Assembly: GCF_001194135.2 (NCBI RefSeq) | Contig: NC_069003.1 | Location: 1,670,848 to 1,703,643 of the forward strand | Direction: 5' to 3' | DNA length: 32,796 bases | Source of the DNA: Octopus bimaculoides | Taxonomy: Eukaryota | Part shown: positions 11,828 through 23,500 of the stretch, piece after piece | Position numbering within the stretch: the stretch's first letter is position 1 | Layout: every line of letters begins with the position of its first letter | Notes under the pieces: generated by a model | Database searches by the model: none | Told to the model about the DNA's origin: nothing | Seen by the model: the letters and a program-made list of their open reading frames with translations, nothing else | Position numbers and translations under genes: made by a program

Positions 11828-12774
11828 AAATTGTTTAGCGTGCCACATGAGACTCTGCTTCACGTCACTTATCCTCAAAGTTCGATATTCGCGTCTATTC
11901 ATGCACACACACACGCACGCACACACATTTCCATATCTCCATCTATCGATCTGTCTCTGCCTGTCTCCCTCTCTCTCTGTGTCTCTCTGTATATATGCAG
12001 ATATAATAGAGAGATGGATAGATAGATGTAAATATATGTGTATGTGCGTGTGTGTGTGTTTTCTTAGAATATACTTCATTAATATTTGTTTTGTTTTATT
12101 ATCTTTACGTTTCCACTATCGAGGCGTCCTTCGTTGACTTCTACAAAGGATTCATTATATCTCCTTTCTTGCCATTTTAATTGATAAAAACAATAAGAAT
12201 AATATTGCTAAGAATAAACAGAAACGAAAAATTAATAAATAAATAGGAATGTACGGTACAATAGTGTCCCTCCTCTGTAGCCTTTATTTATTTCTCTATT
12301 TCTTTAGTTATTCCTTCATTTATTTGTATTTATTTTCAATCATTTGTATTTTACTCTCTTCAAAAACTTGATTTATAGAAGTCTGTCTATGTTGTAATTA
12401 CTTTAAAGAGATCTCTGATAATTTGTGCGAGATTTATACTCTTTTCCTTTTGCTTCAGTGGAAGATTATTCACACCCGATTAGCATTTCGACTCTTCGAG
12501 ATATTTGATGAATTGGAAATTTCAAGAATAACAACAACAAACAATCAAACGGAAAAACGGCAACAAACTCAAATAAGTAAAACTATTCCACAAAGCAATA
12601 AAAATACGTAGCATAAACAAGCAAAACATTAAGGAATCGGTTTCTAAGAAAGAAAGAATGCAAGACTAAAGAAAGTCGACAATGACAATAAGAACAGTAA
12701 GGACAACAACAACAATTTTTGATTATAAATATATGTGCGATTAAAACTACCGAGATACGAGATTGTGTTTAAAA

Positions 12775-12802
12775 CATCAACAACGACGACGACGACGGCG
12801 TC

Positions 12803-12841
<39 letters not shown>

Positions 12842-12920
12842 AATAATGATAACAATGATAATGATAATGATTATCATTATTATTATTATTATTATTATAA
12901 TTATTATGATTATTATTATT
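12775..12920. repeat. (CAA/CGA)n-(AAT)n-(ATT)n compound microsatellite
   Basis: Directly visible. Confidence 0.95.
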
Positions 12921-13118
12921 AAGGCTGCAGGCTGGCCGAAATGCTTGGCTGTATTTCGTTTGTCTTTACTTTTGTGAGTTCAAATTCCATTGAGGTATAC
13001 GTTGCCTTTCATTTTTTTCGGGGTCGATAAATTAAACACCAGCTGCGTACGGGTGTCGATCAAATCGAGTGTCTCCCTCTACCAAAATTTCGGGCCTTGT
13101 AGCTAGATTAAGAAAGAC
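12921..13118 (+). mobile_element. SINE family A
   Basis: CCGAAATGCTTGGCTGTATTTCG...GAGTTCAAATTCCATTGAGG...TTGCCTTTCATTTTTTCGGGGTCGATAAATTAAACACCAG...CAAAATTTCGGGCCTTGT. Preceded by (ATT)n. Confidence 0.85.
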
Positions 13119-13206
13119 TGTTTTATTATAAATATATATGCGATTAAAACTATGGAGGCATGAGATTTAGATTAAAACAATAACAACAATAATAAAAATA
13201 ACAGTA

Positions 13207-13238
<32 letters not shown>

Positions 13239-13252
13239 GAGTATTATTATTA

Positions 13253-13470
13253 AGGCGGTGATCCTACGGAAACCTAAGCGCTACAGACGAAATGCTTAGC
13301 GGCATTTCGCCTGGTGCTACGTTCTGAGTTCAAATCCGCCGAGGTCGATTTTCCCTGTAATCTCTTCGGGTTCGATAAATTTAGTACCAGTGAAACACCG
13401 TTGTGTATGGAATCGACTAGCCCCCACCACCCCAAATTTCAGGCCTGGAGCCTATAGTAGAAATAATTAT
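13253..13470 (+). mobile_element. SINE family A
   Basis: AAGGCGGTGA...GACGAAATGCTTAGCGGCATTTCG...CGTTCTGAGTTCAAATCCGCCGAGGTCGATTTT...TTCGATAAATTTAGTACCAG...AAATTTCAGGCCTGGAGCCTATAGTAGAAA. Preceded by (TTA)n. Confidence 0.87.
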
Positions 13471-13484
13471 AAATCCGGTCCCTA

Positions 13485-13531
<47 letters not shown>
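13485..13531. repeat. (TAA)n upstream flank of the R4/Dong insertion
   Basis: Pure AAT repeat ending exactly where the element begins. Confidence 0.95.
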
Positions 13532-13532
<1 letters not shown>

Positions 13533-13958
13533 CAAGTATGGACTTGACAGAGCAAAAAAATTGGTATGACCAAAAAAACCTGAAGGCATTGTCGAAAATA
13601 GAAATGCAAAGATCCTATGGGATTTTAGGATTCAGTGCGACCATGAGATAGAGAATAGGAAGCCGGACATAGTCTTAATTGAGAAAGAAAACAAACTATG
13701 CTGGATCATTGACATAGCATGCCCAGCTGACAACAAGGTATGCGATAAGGAAGAAAGAAAAGTCGAGAGATATGACAGGTTAGCTTGGGAGGATAAACAG
13801 TAGCTGTAGTACCAATAATTGTCGGAGCCTTGGGAATATTGAGCAAAAATCTCGGGAAGTACGTGGAACAAATAGGGGCTGCAATAAGTGTGGATCACTT
13901 GCAGAAGACAGCATTGCTTGGAACCGCTCGAATACTCCGGAAGGTGCTCGAAAAATAA
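13532..13958 (+). pseudogene. Disrupted C-terminal ORF fragment (PD-(D/E)xK restriction-like endonuclease) of the R4/Dong element
   Basis: Catalytic PD at 13663-13668 and second D (IID) at about 13711-13713. Frameshifts near 13560-13580 and near 13800. No start codon, RT or zinc knuckle, so it is non-autonomous. Confidence 0.88.
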
Positions 13959-14040
13959 GAGGTGTTACTTTAGTTCACTGGTAGTGAACAGATGACACTG
14001 TAGTACATCTCTAGCGTTAGAAGCTGTGCAAAGGCAATAA
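13532..14040 (+). mobile_element. 5'-truncated R4/Dong-clade non-LTR retrotransposon (C-terminal restriction-like endonuclease, 3' UTR, TAA tail)
   Basis: Hand translation: KYGLDRAK.WYD..(fs)PEGIVENRNAKILWDFRIQCDHEIENRKPDIVLIEKENKLCWIIDIACPADNKVCDKEERKVERYDRLAWEDKQ (small deletion/frameshift) VAVVPIIVGALGILSKNLGKYVEQIGAAISVDHLQKTALLGTARILRKVLEK*, stop at 13956-13958. The ILWDF..Q.D..I..RKPDIV, IID.A.P.D, VVP.I.GALG and LQK.ALLGTA.ILRKVL blocks are characteristic of R4/Dong RLE C-termini. About 80 nt of 3' UTR follow, then (TAA)n. Confidence 0.93.
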
Positions 14041-14053
14041 TAACGATATTATT

Positions 14054-14089
<36 letters not shown>
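14036..14089. repeat. (TAA)n downstream flank/tail of the R4/Dong insertion
   Basis: AAT repeat with a short CGATATTATTATT interruption. Confidence 0.95.
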
Positions 14090-15159
14090 TCGTTCTGATA
14101 TAGGCAGAAACCAAGTCGGCCATGGCTGTATAGTAGAACAACTCAATCTATAACATCATGGACACCATAACCAATCTCATCGCAACCGACACCGATATTT
14201 ATCCTAAAACGTAATATCTAAAGCAAATGTCTACTTCTGTGTATTTGTTCAAATGGTGATTAACAGAGTTAATACTCTGTAACCTAAATACTGGAAACTA
14301 ATTAATTCCTTCAGAGCCATTTCCAGTAAACTGTCGTCGCCATAATATTTCATTTGAGATTCTTTTATCAGACAATCTCCTACTTCGACATTTAGATGAA
14401 ATCAAGTGTGTTTATTGCAGTGTACTTGCCACCATAAATAAAATATTGTAAAGCGAGGAATTCGAGAAATCCTGTGACGATCTTCAATAGAAGTGTGCTT
14501 AAGTGCTTAGAACAGTTTCGGTAATCTCAGGTGCCAGTGAGGAGCGAAACCCTTATTGGTTCAGTTCAAGGATTATGAACGACGCTACAGAGACACCGTT
14601 GTAAAGCATCTTTTATCAAGTCCCCTCCGATACGAGCAAAAATTACCAGGTCATTTCTTCTCAGAGTTTATCCTCCTCCCTCTCAACAACCGGGCTTTGT
14701 CGCTCTGAAAACGTTCATGAAGAAATGTAATTCTTCCTCTCCTATATCGTTGAGTGTCGGAAGAAACCAAAAGTGGTAAACGAAATATTATGATGAAAGC
14801 TTTGTGAAATGTCGGTGTAGATAATTTATAGAAGGTTCCGTAGTGGAAGACGTAATGGCATCATGTTAATTGGACAATTAGCTAGAACTGCCAGAGGGTT
14901 ACATTCAGACCAATGCAATAATGTCTTAAAATATTGCTTGCATGGCAGTTAAATAAATGGATGGAGAAAGGGAGGAAAACGTATGCACTCTTACACATAA
15001 GCATAAAACATTCCTTGTGGCATATTTACCACGGCGATAACGGCATAGAAAGTGTGATGATGTATGGAGAGTGCTGATGTACGATGTATGATATGTGTAT
15101 GTTCATGTATACACACACACACATATACATTTATGTACATCTGTTATTCTGTGTTATAT

Positions 15160-15217
15160 ACACAGCCTTATATATATATATATATGTATAAATTTGTATA
15201 TATATGCATATATACAA

Positions 15218-15316
<99 letters not shown>

Positions 15317-15335
15317 TATACATATATGCATATGT

Positions 15336-15367
<32 letters not shown>

Positions 15368-15463
15368 GCATATGTATATATATATAAATATATATATAAT
15401 TGTATGTGCCTCTGTTTGTGTGAGGGTTTGTGTGTGCTTACATGTGTATATATATATATATAT
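15160..15463. repeat. Long (TA)n (pure from about 15219 to 15311) with degenerate flanks
   Basis: Directly visible. Confidence 0.95.
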
Positions 15464-15774
15464 NNNNNNNNNNNNNNNNNNNNNNNNNNNNNNNNNNNNN
15501 NNNNNNNNNNNNNNNNNNNNNNNNNNNNNNNNNNNNNNNNNNNNNNNNNNNNNNNNNNNNNNNNNNNNNNNNNNNNNNNNNNNNNNNNNNNNNNNNNNNN
15601 NNNNNNNNNNNNNNNNNNNNNNNNNNNNNNNNNNNNNNNNNNNNNNNNNNNNNNNNNNNNNNNNNNNNNNNNNNNNNNNNNNNNNNNNNNNNNNNNNNNN
15701 NNNNNNNNNNNNNNNNNNNNNNNNNNNNNNNNNNNNNNNNNNNNNNNNNNNNNNNNNNNNNNNNNNNNNNNNNN
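15464..15774. other. Assembly gap (N)
   Basis: N run inside (TA)n, with duplicated flanking sequence. Confidence 1.
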
Positions 15775-16460
15775 ATATATATATATATATAGAATTGTAT
15801 TGCCTCTGTTTGTGTGAGGGTTTGTGTGTGCTTAGATGTGTATGAGAGGAAGCTAAAACGCAGAGAATTAAGAGTGAAAGGAAATAAGAAAAGTGATAGG
15901 GAGAGGAGGAGAAATAGAGTGGAACACGAACGTAACGAGCGACTGAGATTTCTATTATGTTTGCGGTTTGTTGTTTATTCCTGGGTTTTGTTTTCAGTTA
16001 AGTGGCCAACAACATGGGGAATATAAGTGCGTGAGTTAACGGACAATCTCAGACATTTTGCTTTTTCTAGTTCTTTCCTCTGCTTCGCCCTCAGATTCAT
16101 GTTGACATTCTATCCCCCATTGAATTTTAATGACGAAATCATTGTTTTAAGTAAATTGATACAAAGTGAGATCATATATATGGTAACAACAACGACAGCA
16201 GCGATTTTGTGCTGCATGTACAACGGCACCATCAGCAAAATATAAGAATAACATTAACTCGTAATGTTATTCAAGGCAACAACAACAACAACAAAAGAAA
16301 TAAACAGAAATAAAATAACGATTAGATTGTATGTGTTGATGTGTGATGGAAAAAAACAAGATGTATCCTTGTTCATTAAATGCATGATATTAATTGCAAA
16401 ATGTCCTACGCTAAATAGTTATTTCTCTTCACACTGTGCGCCCCATAATGGTGTTAAGAG

Positions 16461-16461
<1 letters not shown>

Positions 16462-16513
<52 letters not shown>

Positions 16514-16541
16514 TTACTAAGAAGAAGAAGAAGAAGAAGAA
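16462..16541. repeat. Compound (ACT)n-(AAG)n microsatellite
   Basis: Directly visible. Confidence 0.95.
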
Positions 16542-17048
16542 ATGAATAAGATATGGTGACAATAACAATAGTAATGTTACATTTTCTTTATGGGACACAA
16601 AGACTCGAAGAGATAAGAACAAACGAAAATTATTTCCCTAGGGATTCCAAGAAAGGGATGGATATCATCGAAGGTGAAAAAATAAAAAAAGCAATTTTAA
16701 AAATTTCGAAATGATGTGCTGAGAGACGTTTGCCAATTATGTTAAAATTCAACGCAACCGCACACACAAACACACGCGCGCGTGCACACGCACATATACA
16801 TATATGTGTGCATGCCTTCCGATATCTTCAGGATTTGTAAATATGTGTGATACTCACTGTTGATGGTTACACATTATTAGTCTTGTTTTGATGCCTTTCT
16901 TTACACTACGGCACATAAGTCACTACTGAATCTAAAGCCATGTAACTATGTTGTTCCTATAATCTCTCATTATTATTCTCATGCTACTGCAAGGCACGAC
17001 AATGACAGAAATGTTTTTTTCTGGTGGAAATGTCTTGGGCGTAACAAG

Positions 17049-17086
<38 letters not shown>

Positions 17087-17227
17087 TAGAGAGAGAGAGA
17101 GAAGAATGATAAAGAGAAAGTTCTTGGTACAGTAGTATATATATTTGAAAGAATGAGTAGAGATGGCTCTATTGAGGGGATAATTTTAGTTTAAATATTG
17201 ATATTCTTCTACTATATATATATATAT

Positions 17228-17271
<44 letters not shown>

Positions 17272-17329
17272 GTGTATGTGTGTATGTGTGCGTGTATAGG
17301 TATATATATATATATATATATGTATGTGT

Positions 17330-17545
17330 GCGACTGGGTTTATGCATATCTTTGCTCACACACACTACGGTGTTCGTTTATTTACATCCCGTCACCTACA
17401 GTTTTGACAAAAGAGAACGACGAATATGTACCAGAGTTAAAAAGAAAACCTTTTACTACCATGGTTAACTTCTTCGACCGAACCCATCAAAGCTGTGCTC
17501 CAGCGTGGCCGCAGCCCAATGACGACAACACGTAGAAGATAAAGA
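17330..17545 (+). mobile_element. SINE family B, 3' module, directly downstream of a (TA)n(GT)n tract
   Basis: TTTATTTACATCCCGTCACC...TGACAAAAGAGAACGACGAATATGTACCAG...TTCGACCGAACCCATCAAAGCTGTGCTCCAGCGTGGCCGCAGCCCAATGAC is homologous to 31728-31900 on the minus strand. Confidence 0.78.
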
Positions 17546-17929
17546 TGTTGTGAGACTTAGGTTGCGTAGGAATATTTTGTCTTTCATTTAATCGTGAATG
17601 GAACAAGAATAGAAGAAATAGAAGAACACTTCGGTCCGTTGCTTTTGCATATTTTTCTAACATTTATGATGTTGCCTGGATCCTCTAGGCAGTAATGTCT
17701 GCATTAGCAGTCTCTTTATCCGCGCTACTGACATGTATCGTCTCTAGTTTCTGTATTTGCACGACGTGAGGAAAAAACGTACGCCAGAAGAACGGATATT
17801 GAGTGGTTAGGAAGACGACAGAATTTAGGTTGGAGACATTCACGAACACAAAAATTACAACAATGTCTTATCTTTAACTATCTGACAACCAGCTTTCCTA
17901 TGTGTCTGATATCTCACCATCTGAACACG

Positions 17930-18124
17930 CGCAAGCACACACACACACACACACACACATGCACACACAAGCGCGCACATTTGCAATCTTACATACACAA
18001 AGAGTGAACGAGACAAATATTTTCTTTTCGAACAGAGAAAGGCATACGGATATAAATTATATACTCATAGACGTGTGTTTTCCTATAGATATATACTGTC
18101 ATATACATAAACATATACATAAAT

Positions 18125-18190
<66 letters not shown>

Positions 18191-18889
18191 TATATATGCA
18201 TATATGTAAATGGATGCAAACAGACACACGCAGGTGCAAATACATATATATCACATAAATACACATATCGTTTTCAGCTGCTACTGCTGCTGCACACGAC
18301 GATCGGATATTTAAAAGACGTCTAAGTGAGATCTAAAATGAGCATGACATTTCCACAGTAATTTCTTTTCAGAATATTTGAACATATTTCATGCCCTCAA
18401 CCTATCCCTCCTCCGAAAATCCGTTTAGACACAAAACACTTTGTAATATACAGATTGCTATTAATGTTGGTGATGCCACCTGTAGACATTCTACTGCTCT
18501 ATATAATGATTGATTGTCTTATTCATAGGTGTAATATCTTTGGTCTATGAAGACACCTCGTCTTCAATGCATTGATAAATTGCAACTGTATGTGAGAGTG
18601 TATGACAGACAAAGATTGAATATGTGTGCGTGTGCGTGTGTTTCTTTGCATCTGTCTTGGCAGTCTGATTATTTATGTATTCGTCTGAGTCTTTCTATGT
18701 TTTAGCTATGGATGAAAGTATTACACATATACATGTATGTGCATATGTGTGTGTGTGTGTGTGAGTGCGTGTGTGTATGTGTGTGTACGTGTGTATGCGT
18801 GTATGTATTTGTGCTACCATGCATGTCCTCCTCTCTCTCCGTCTTTTACTCTCTGTAAATATATATATATATATATATANNNNNNNNNN

Positions 18890-18935
<46 letters not shown>

Positions 18936-19158
18936 TAAATATATATATACATATATATATACATAGAAATATATATATATACATATATATATATACATAA
19001 ACACACGCATGCACACATACCAGATACACACTACACACACACGTACACACACATACACACACGCACTCACACACACACATATGCACACGCAGACACACGC
19101 AAACAGACACAGACACACACACACACACACACACCCACACACACACACACATATATAT
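17930..19158. repeat. Clusters of (CA)n/(TA)n/(GT)n (17930-18200 and 18720-19158)
   Basis: Directly visible; unique sequence lies between the two clusters. Confidence 0.8.
18880..18889. other. Assembly gap (N)
   Basis: 10 N inside (TA)n. Confidence 1.
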
Positions 19159-19258
19159 GCGCAGGCGTGGTTGTGTGGTAAGAAGCTTGCTTCCCGATTA
19201 CATAGTTCTGTGTTCGGTCCCACTGCGTGGCACCTTGAACGAGTTTTTTCTACTATAT
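19159..19258 (+). mobile_element. SINE family B, 5' (tRNA-like) part
   Basis: GCAGGCGTGGTTGTGTGGTAAGAAGCTTGCTTCCCGATTACATAGTTCTGTGTTCGGTCCCACTGCGTGGCACCTTGAACGAG...TTCTACTATA, with A-box-like TGTGTGGTAAG and B-box-like GTTCGGTCCC. Confidence 0.85.
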
Positions 19259-19395
19259 GTATGTTACACAAAATCTGCCGTATATAGTCGTTCCGAATTG
19301 TACTACCGCAACAAGCTCTGGCCATTTAATTATATATGCACAAAGAATTATCACTTTTACTGTTTATTCGAAACTGTCCAAGACACGGGATTTGG

Positions 19396-19523
19396 TAAAC
19401 TAATACATCCACAATTGCTAGGGTTTCCAAATATTTCTTCATTTCATATCTGTTCCAATCAATTAAATATTCAACTTGCCTCTTCCGATATTCCATCATT
19501 GGGAATAAATCCACTTTAAATTC
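19396..19523 (-). pseudogene. Decayed chromodomain-coding relic
   Basis: One open frame reads EFKVDLFPMMEYRKRQVEYLIDWNRY, with the same spacing as the chromodomain consensus EYxVExIxxxRxxxGxxEYLxKWxGY. After frameshifts it continues with (N)EE-NIWKP and then NCGCISL, compared with EENTWEP..NL.C..L. Confidence 0.5.
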
Positions 19524-19849
19524 TACACATTTCCTCGTTACAAATGCATTCTCCATCTTGAAATTTGTTTAGTGTTTTTTTTTTATTTCTTACTCTGTTT
19601 CGCTTTTTTTTTCTCGGGGCTTTACGCTTGTTTTCATATACGTGTTTTAATTAAATGAATTTGCAAAACCCATTTTTTATTTCTTTGCAAAAATAATTGT
19701 CTTCTCCTAAAGACATCCCTTGTTATTTAATCGATCTGCATATCAAACATGGATAAAGTTTATGAATATGCACATAAAACAAGGATCTATACGCATGCAA
19801 ACATATGCATTTATATACATATAATACAAGCATTATACATGCATCCATC

Positions 19850-19965
<116 letters not shown>

Positions 19966-20220
19966 GAGAAACAGAGTGAGAGAAATGGGGAGTAAAAGAA
20001 GGGGGAACGAAAATTTGGAAGGCAAAATATAAAATACAAAATTTGGGATCGGTCTACTACAATACAATTCAGGAAGATGAAGCTCGGAGATGTGAAAAGA
20101 GTTAATTATATCGATAACCATGTAAGTACGTGTGCACGAAAACATGTTTATATGTCTATATATAAGCATGTATGCGTGTATGTAAGTAGTAATAGAACGG
20201 TCTCTGTCTGTCTCTCTATT

Positions 20221-20277
<57 letters not shown>

Positions 20278-21049
20278 GTGTGCATGCATGCACTTTTGTA
20301 TACGTACGTACATAAAACAGACACACTGTGTGCGTATATATATAATATGCTAATTAAATGATGTTTGATGTCTTTGAAACGTTTGATACGCATTCTCTGA
20401 GAATACGCGCTTAATTTTTATTTCGAACTGGTGGAAACATGTATTAGATATCAGACAGAAATGAAAGAGATACTTTGATATGGAATTATGTTAAAATCCA
20501 CTGCGTTTTCCGCCATTGCAAATATGAAAGCAATTGTTAAGCTGATATAATTGGTAGGTAATATGTCAGAATGGCTGATAAATTCCCCGGTAACTGACAG
20601 CTTGATAATCGAATTTCACTCAGCTTTTCTCTTAACTATATAGTAATTAAGATCTTACTGAATGAAATATCTTGAAATTTAAGAAGTAATAATGGATTGA
20701 TAGGACGGTCACCGTAATTCTCTTTCTCTTTTTCAATTTCTTTGTCTGATTCTGCCCATACACGAACACACACACACGCACGCAAACACACACACACACG
20801 CACGCAAACACATACGCGCGCATACACCTCATAGATGCCGCACATGTACACACTGCACTCTTGATATCTCAATACTTCTAGCTAAGGAAGCAAATCAAAT
20901 ATCGGAAGCTTATTATTCACATAGATTCAGGGATGAAGTACAAACCGTGTCAAAGAAATAATTTAATTTGCCACGTTAAGAGGACTTACACTTCAGAAGA
21001 ATTCATTTTAAATTTCGGAAATCAAAAGTTATTGGTGTATCATGTGTTA

Positions 21050-21190
21050 TTAAGAACTGGCTGCGGCTGGCACAAACGGAAAACGCCGGGCCATACAAAG
21101 CAACGGTGAGATTAATTACGACTCTTTAAATCCAAAGTTCATACTACATTTTGTTCGACTTGGCCTCTTTATTCTTTCGTCTAGTACTGA
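21050..21190 (+). mobile_element. SINE family A, very degenerate copy
   Basis: GGCTGGCACAAACG...CGCCGGGCC...AATCCAAAGTTCATACTAC...TTCGACTTGGCCTCTTTATTCTTTCG follows the family A motif order. Confidence 0.45.
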
Positions 21191-21469
21191 TGTCGTGCTA
21201 ATCGAACGTTCAATCTTCTGCAATTTGTGGCGATCTGTCTGCCAGAAAGCATCATATCTTATAGAAATTGTTGCTCTTTAGATTTAACCATCCTCCGCAG
21301 TCAACGTTGAGCATCACAATGTTCAAATGCTTTGCAGATTTCACGATTCTGTCATATTTTCTAGAATCATCTATTTAGCAATGTATTATCTATAGAGGAA
21401 CAATGAGAAAAAATGGATTATATGGAAGCATTATTTCATGTTCCCTCACTCATTCCAAAAAGATCTCTC

Positions 21470-21470
<1 letters not shown>

Positions 21471-21519
<49 letters not shown>

Positions 21520-21520
21520 T
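21471..21520. repeat. (AAT)n microsatellite
   Basis: Directly visible. Confidence 0.95.
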
Positions 21521-22359
21521 GTAAACAAATTACAAATCATGGCACCTGAGGATTGCTTTGCATTTTAAATTGATGTTCAATTAAATGGAGTTGTATGAAA
21601 CGATCGTACTGCATTACCTTTGGATATCCCTCTTGCTTATTTTGATTTGTATATATATATATATATATATATGCATATGGACATACTCAGATATGTGTAC
21701 ATGTTTCTGCGTCTGTGTGTCTGTGTGTGTATAATGGGAAAAAATAAAATCAAAACATTTTTTCAGCTAATGCATTTTTGATAGCGAAATTTGATGACAC
21801 AAAGCAGTTAACGAATCAATACATATATATAGAGAGAGAGATATATGATATAGAAGCATCAATATATATATGTATATAAATGTTTGTGTGGGTGTGTATA
21901 TCTATATTCCAACAATAAATTTACTATATCAGTATCTGTAAAATATGCATCATACATCAACAGTTGGCAAAATCGCCATATGTTGCTTCTCTAACTGTAC
22001 AAAGTGTAGTGAAGACGAAAGACTAACTCTCTCATAAAACATCGAATGTGGTGATATTCTTCGGCGATAAATTATTTCAACCACTCGTCTAAATCTTATT
22101 AAAAGATGTTTAACAACCAGCAGGTTTTTTTTTTTGCTGAATAATCTAATATCAGCATATGTGTGTATGCATGTGTGTACGTTAACGAGTGTGTGAGTGA
22201 CCATGCATAAACACATATACATATATGTATCTATATCACCATTAACCTTCGAGGTACTTTTGTTATTTTAAGTCTGTCTTTATCACTTTATCTATTTTAC
22301 TGTCTTTATAAGCGCGCTATGCTTGCAACAGTAAATGTTCCACAACCAAGAGTAAAACA

Positions 22360-22519
22360 TTGTGTGTATATACATACATACACAGACGCTCGCCCACTCG
22401 AATATACAAATATAATATACATACATATATATATGTATATATTTATATGTGTACATAAATACATATGTATCTTCAAATACATATAAATATGTATGTATGT
22501 ATGTAAATTTATACTTGTA

Positions 22520-22582
<63 letters not shown>

Positions 22583-22694
22583 GTACATATATGTACATAT
22601 ATATATATATGTAAAATAACTGACATATGTAAATATATATATGCATATATATATAGAAACACACACACACATATATATGAGTATATATACATAA

Positions 22695-22736
<42 letters not shown>

Positions 22737-23340
22737 AGATAGACAAGTAGATAGATAAACTGATAACACACACAGTGTGAAACGCACGTGAGCACACACA
22801 CAGAGGCATATATACACATGTATGCACATAGATTGTTATATTATGACCTGGTAACTGGAACATTACGAAATAATGCAAAAGTCACCAACCTTGCCGGAAA
22901 GAATATGAGCAACATATTTATTTCTGCAATGTGTTTCAGTAGGTTCGTAAAATGGAAACAGTTACACACGGAATGTATATTTTATTAGAATGTATGTGTT
23001 GTGATATTTAATTGTAATATTGACATGAAAATATGGTGATAACATTCGCATAAGTTATATTACATTAGCATAAATATGTCAGATACGGTTATTAAAACAG
23101 ATTCTTATAAGGAATATTCACATGTTCAGAATGGAGTGATTTTAAACAATATAGAGATGCATTAGAAAAGAACAAAAAAAAGAAACATGTTATTTCTTCG
23201 AGCAACATTAAATCACATACACGCATATACGCACACAAACATATGCATATATATTTGTGTGTGTGTATGATTTTGTGTTTGTATGTATCTACAATATCTA
23301 CGTATGTATACATATATATGTATATACTTATCTACGTATA

Positions 23341-23394
<54 letters not shown>

Positions 23395-23500
23395 CATACA
23401 TATATATAGTGACATATATAGTTATAAATATATACTACAAATATACACACGTCTGTATACATATATCTGTGTGTGCTTGTGTGTGTGCGTGTATATACAT
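22360..23500. repeat. Degenerate TA/CA-rich low-complexity blocks with (TA)n cores
   Basis: Directly visible at about 22360-22800 and 23200-23500. Confidence 0.8.

Noticed and set aside
12434-12611. Strong plus-strand acceptor (CTTTTCCTTTTGCTTCAG) followed by an open frame WKIIHTRLAFRLFEIF...
   Set aside because: No donor, unrecognised peptide, and it runs into CAA-rich low-complexity sequence.
13632-13898. 88-aa minus-strand ORF
   Set aside because: It is the antisense of the R4/Dong endonuclease fragment on the plus strand.
14520-14830. VISG...ND (RT-like) and YDESFVK (hAT/Buster N-terminus-like) motif ghosts
   Set aside because: Single short motifs without neighbouring family motifs in the right order; indistinguishable from noise.
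20073-20127. 49-nt plus-strand exon candidate ending in GTAAGT (KMKLGDVKRVNYIDNH)
   Set aside because: The acceptor lacks a pyrimidine tract and the peptide is unrecognised.
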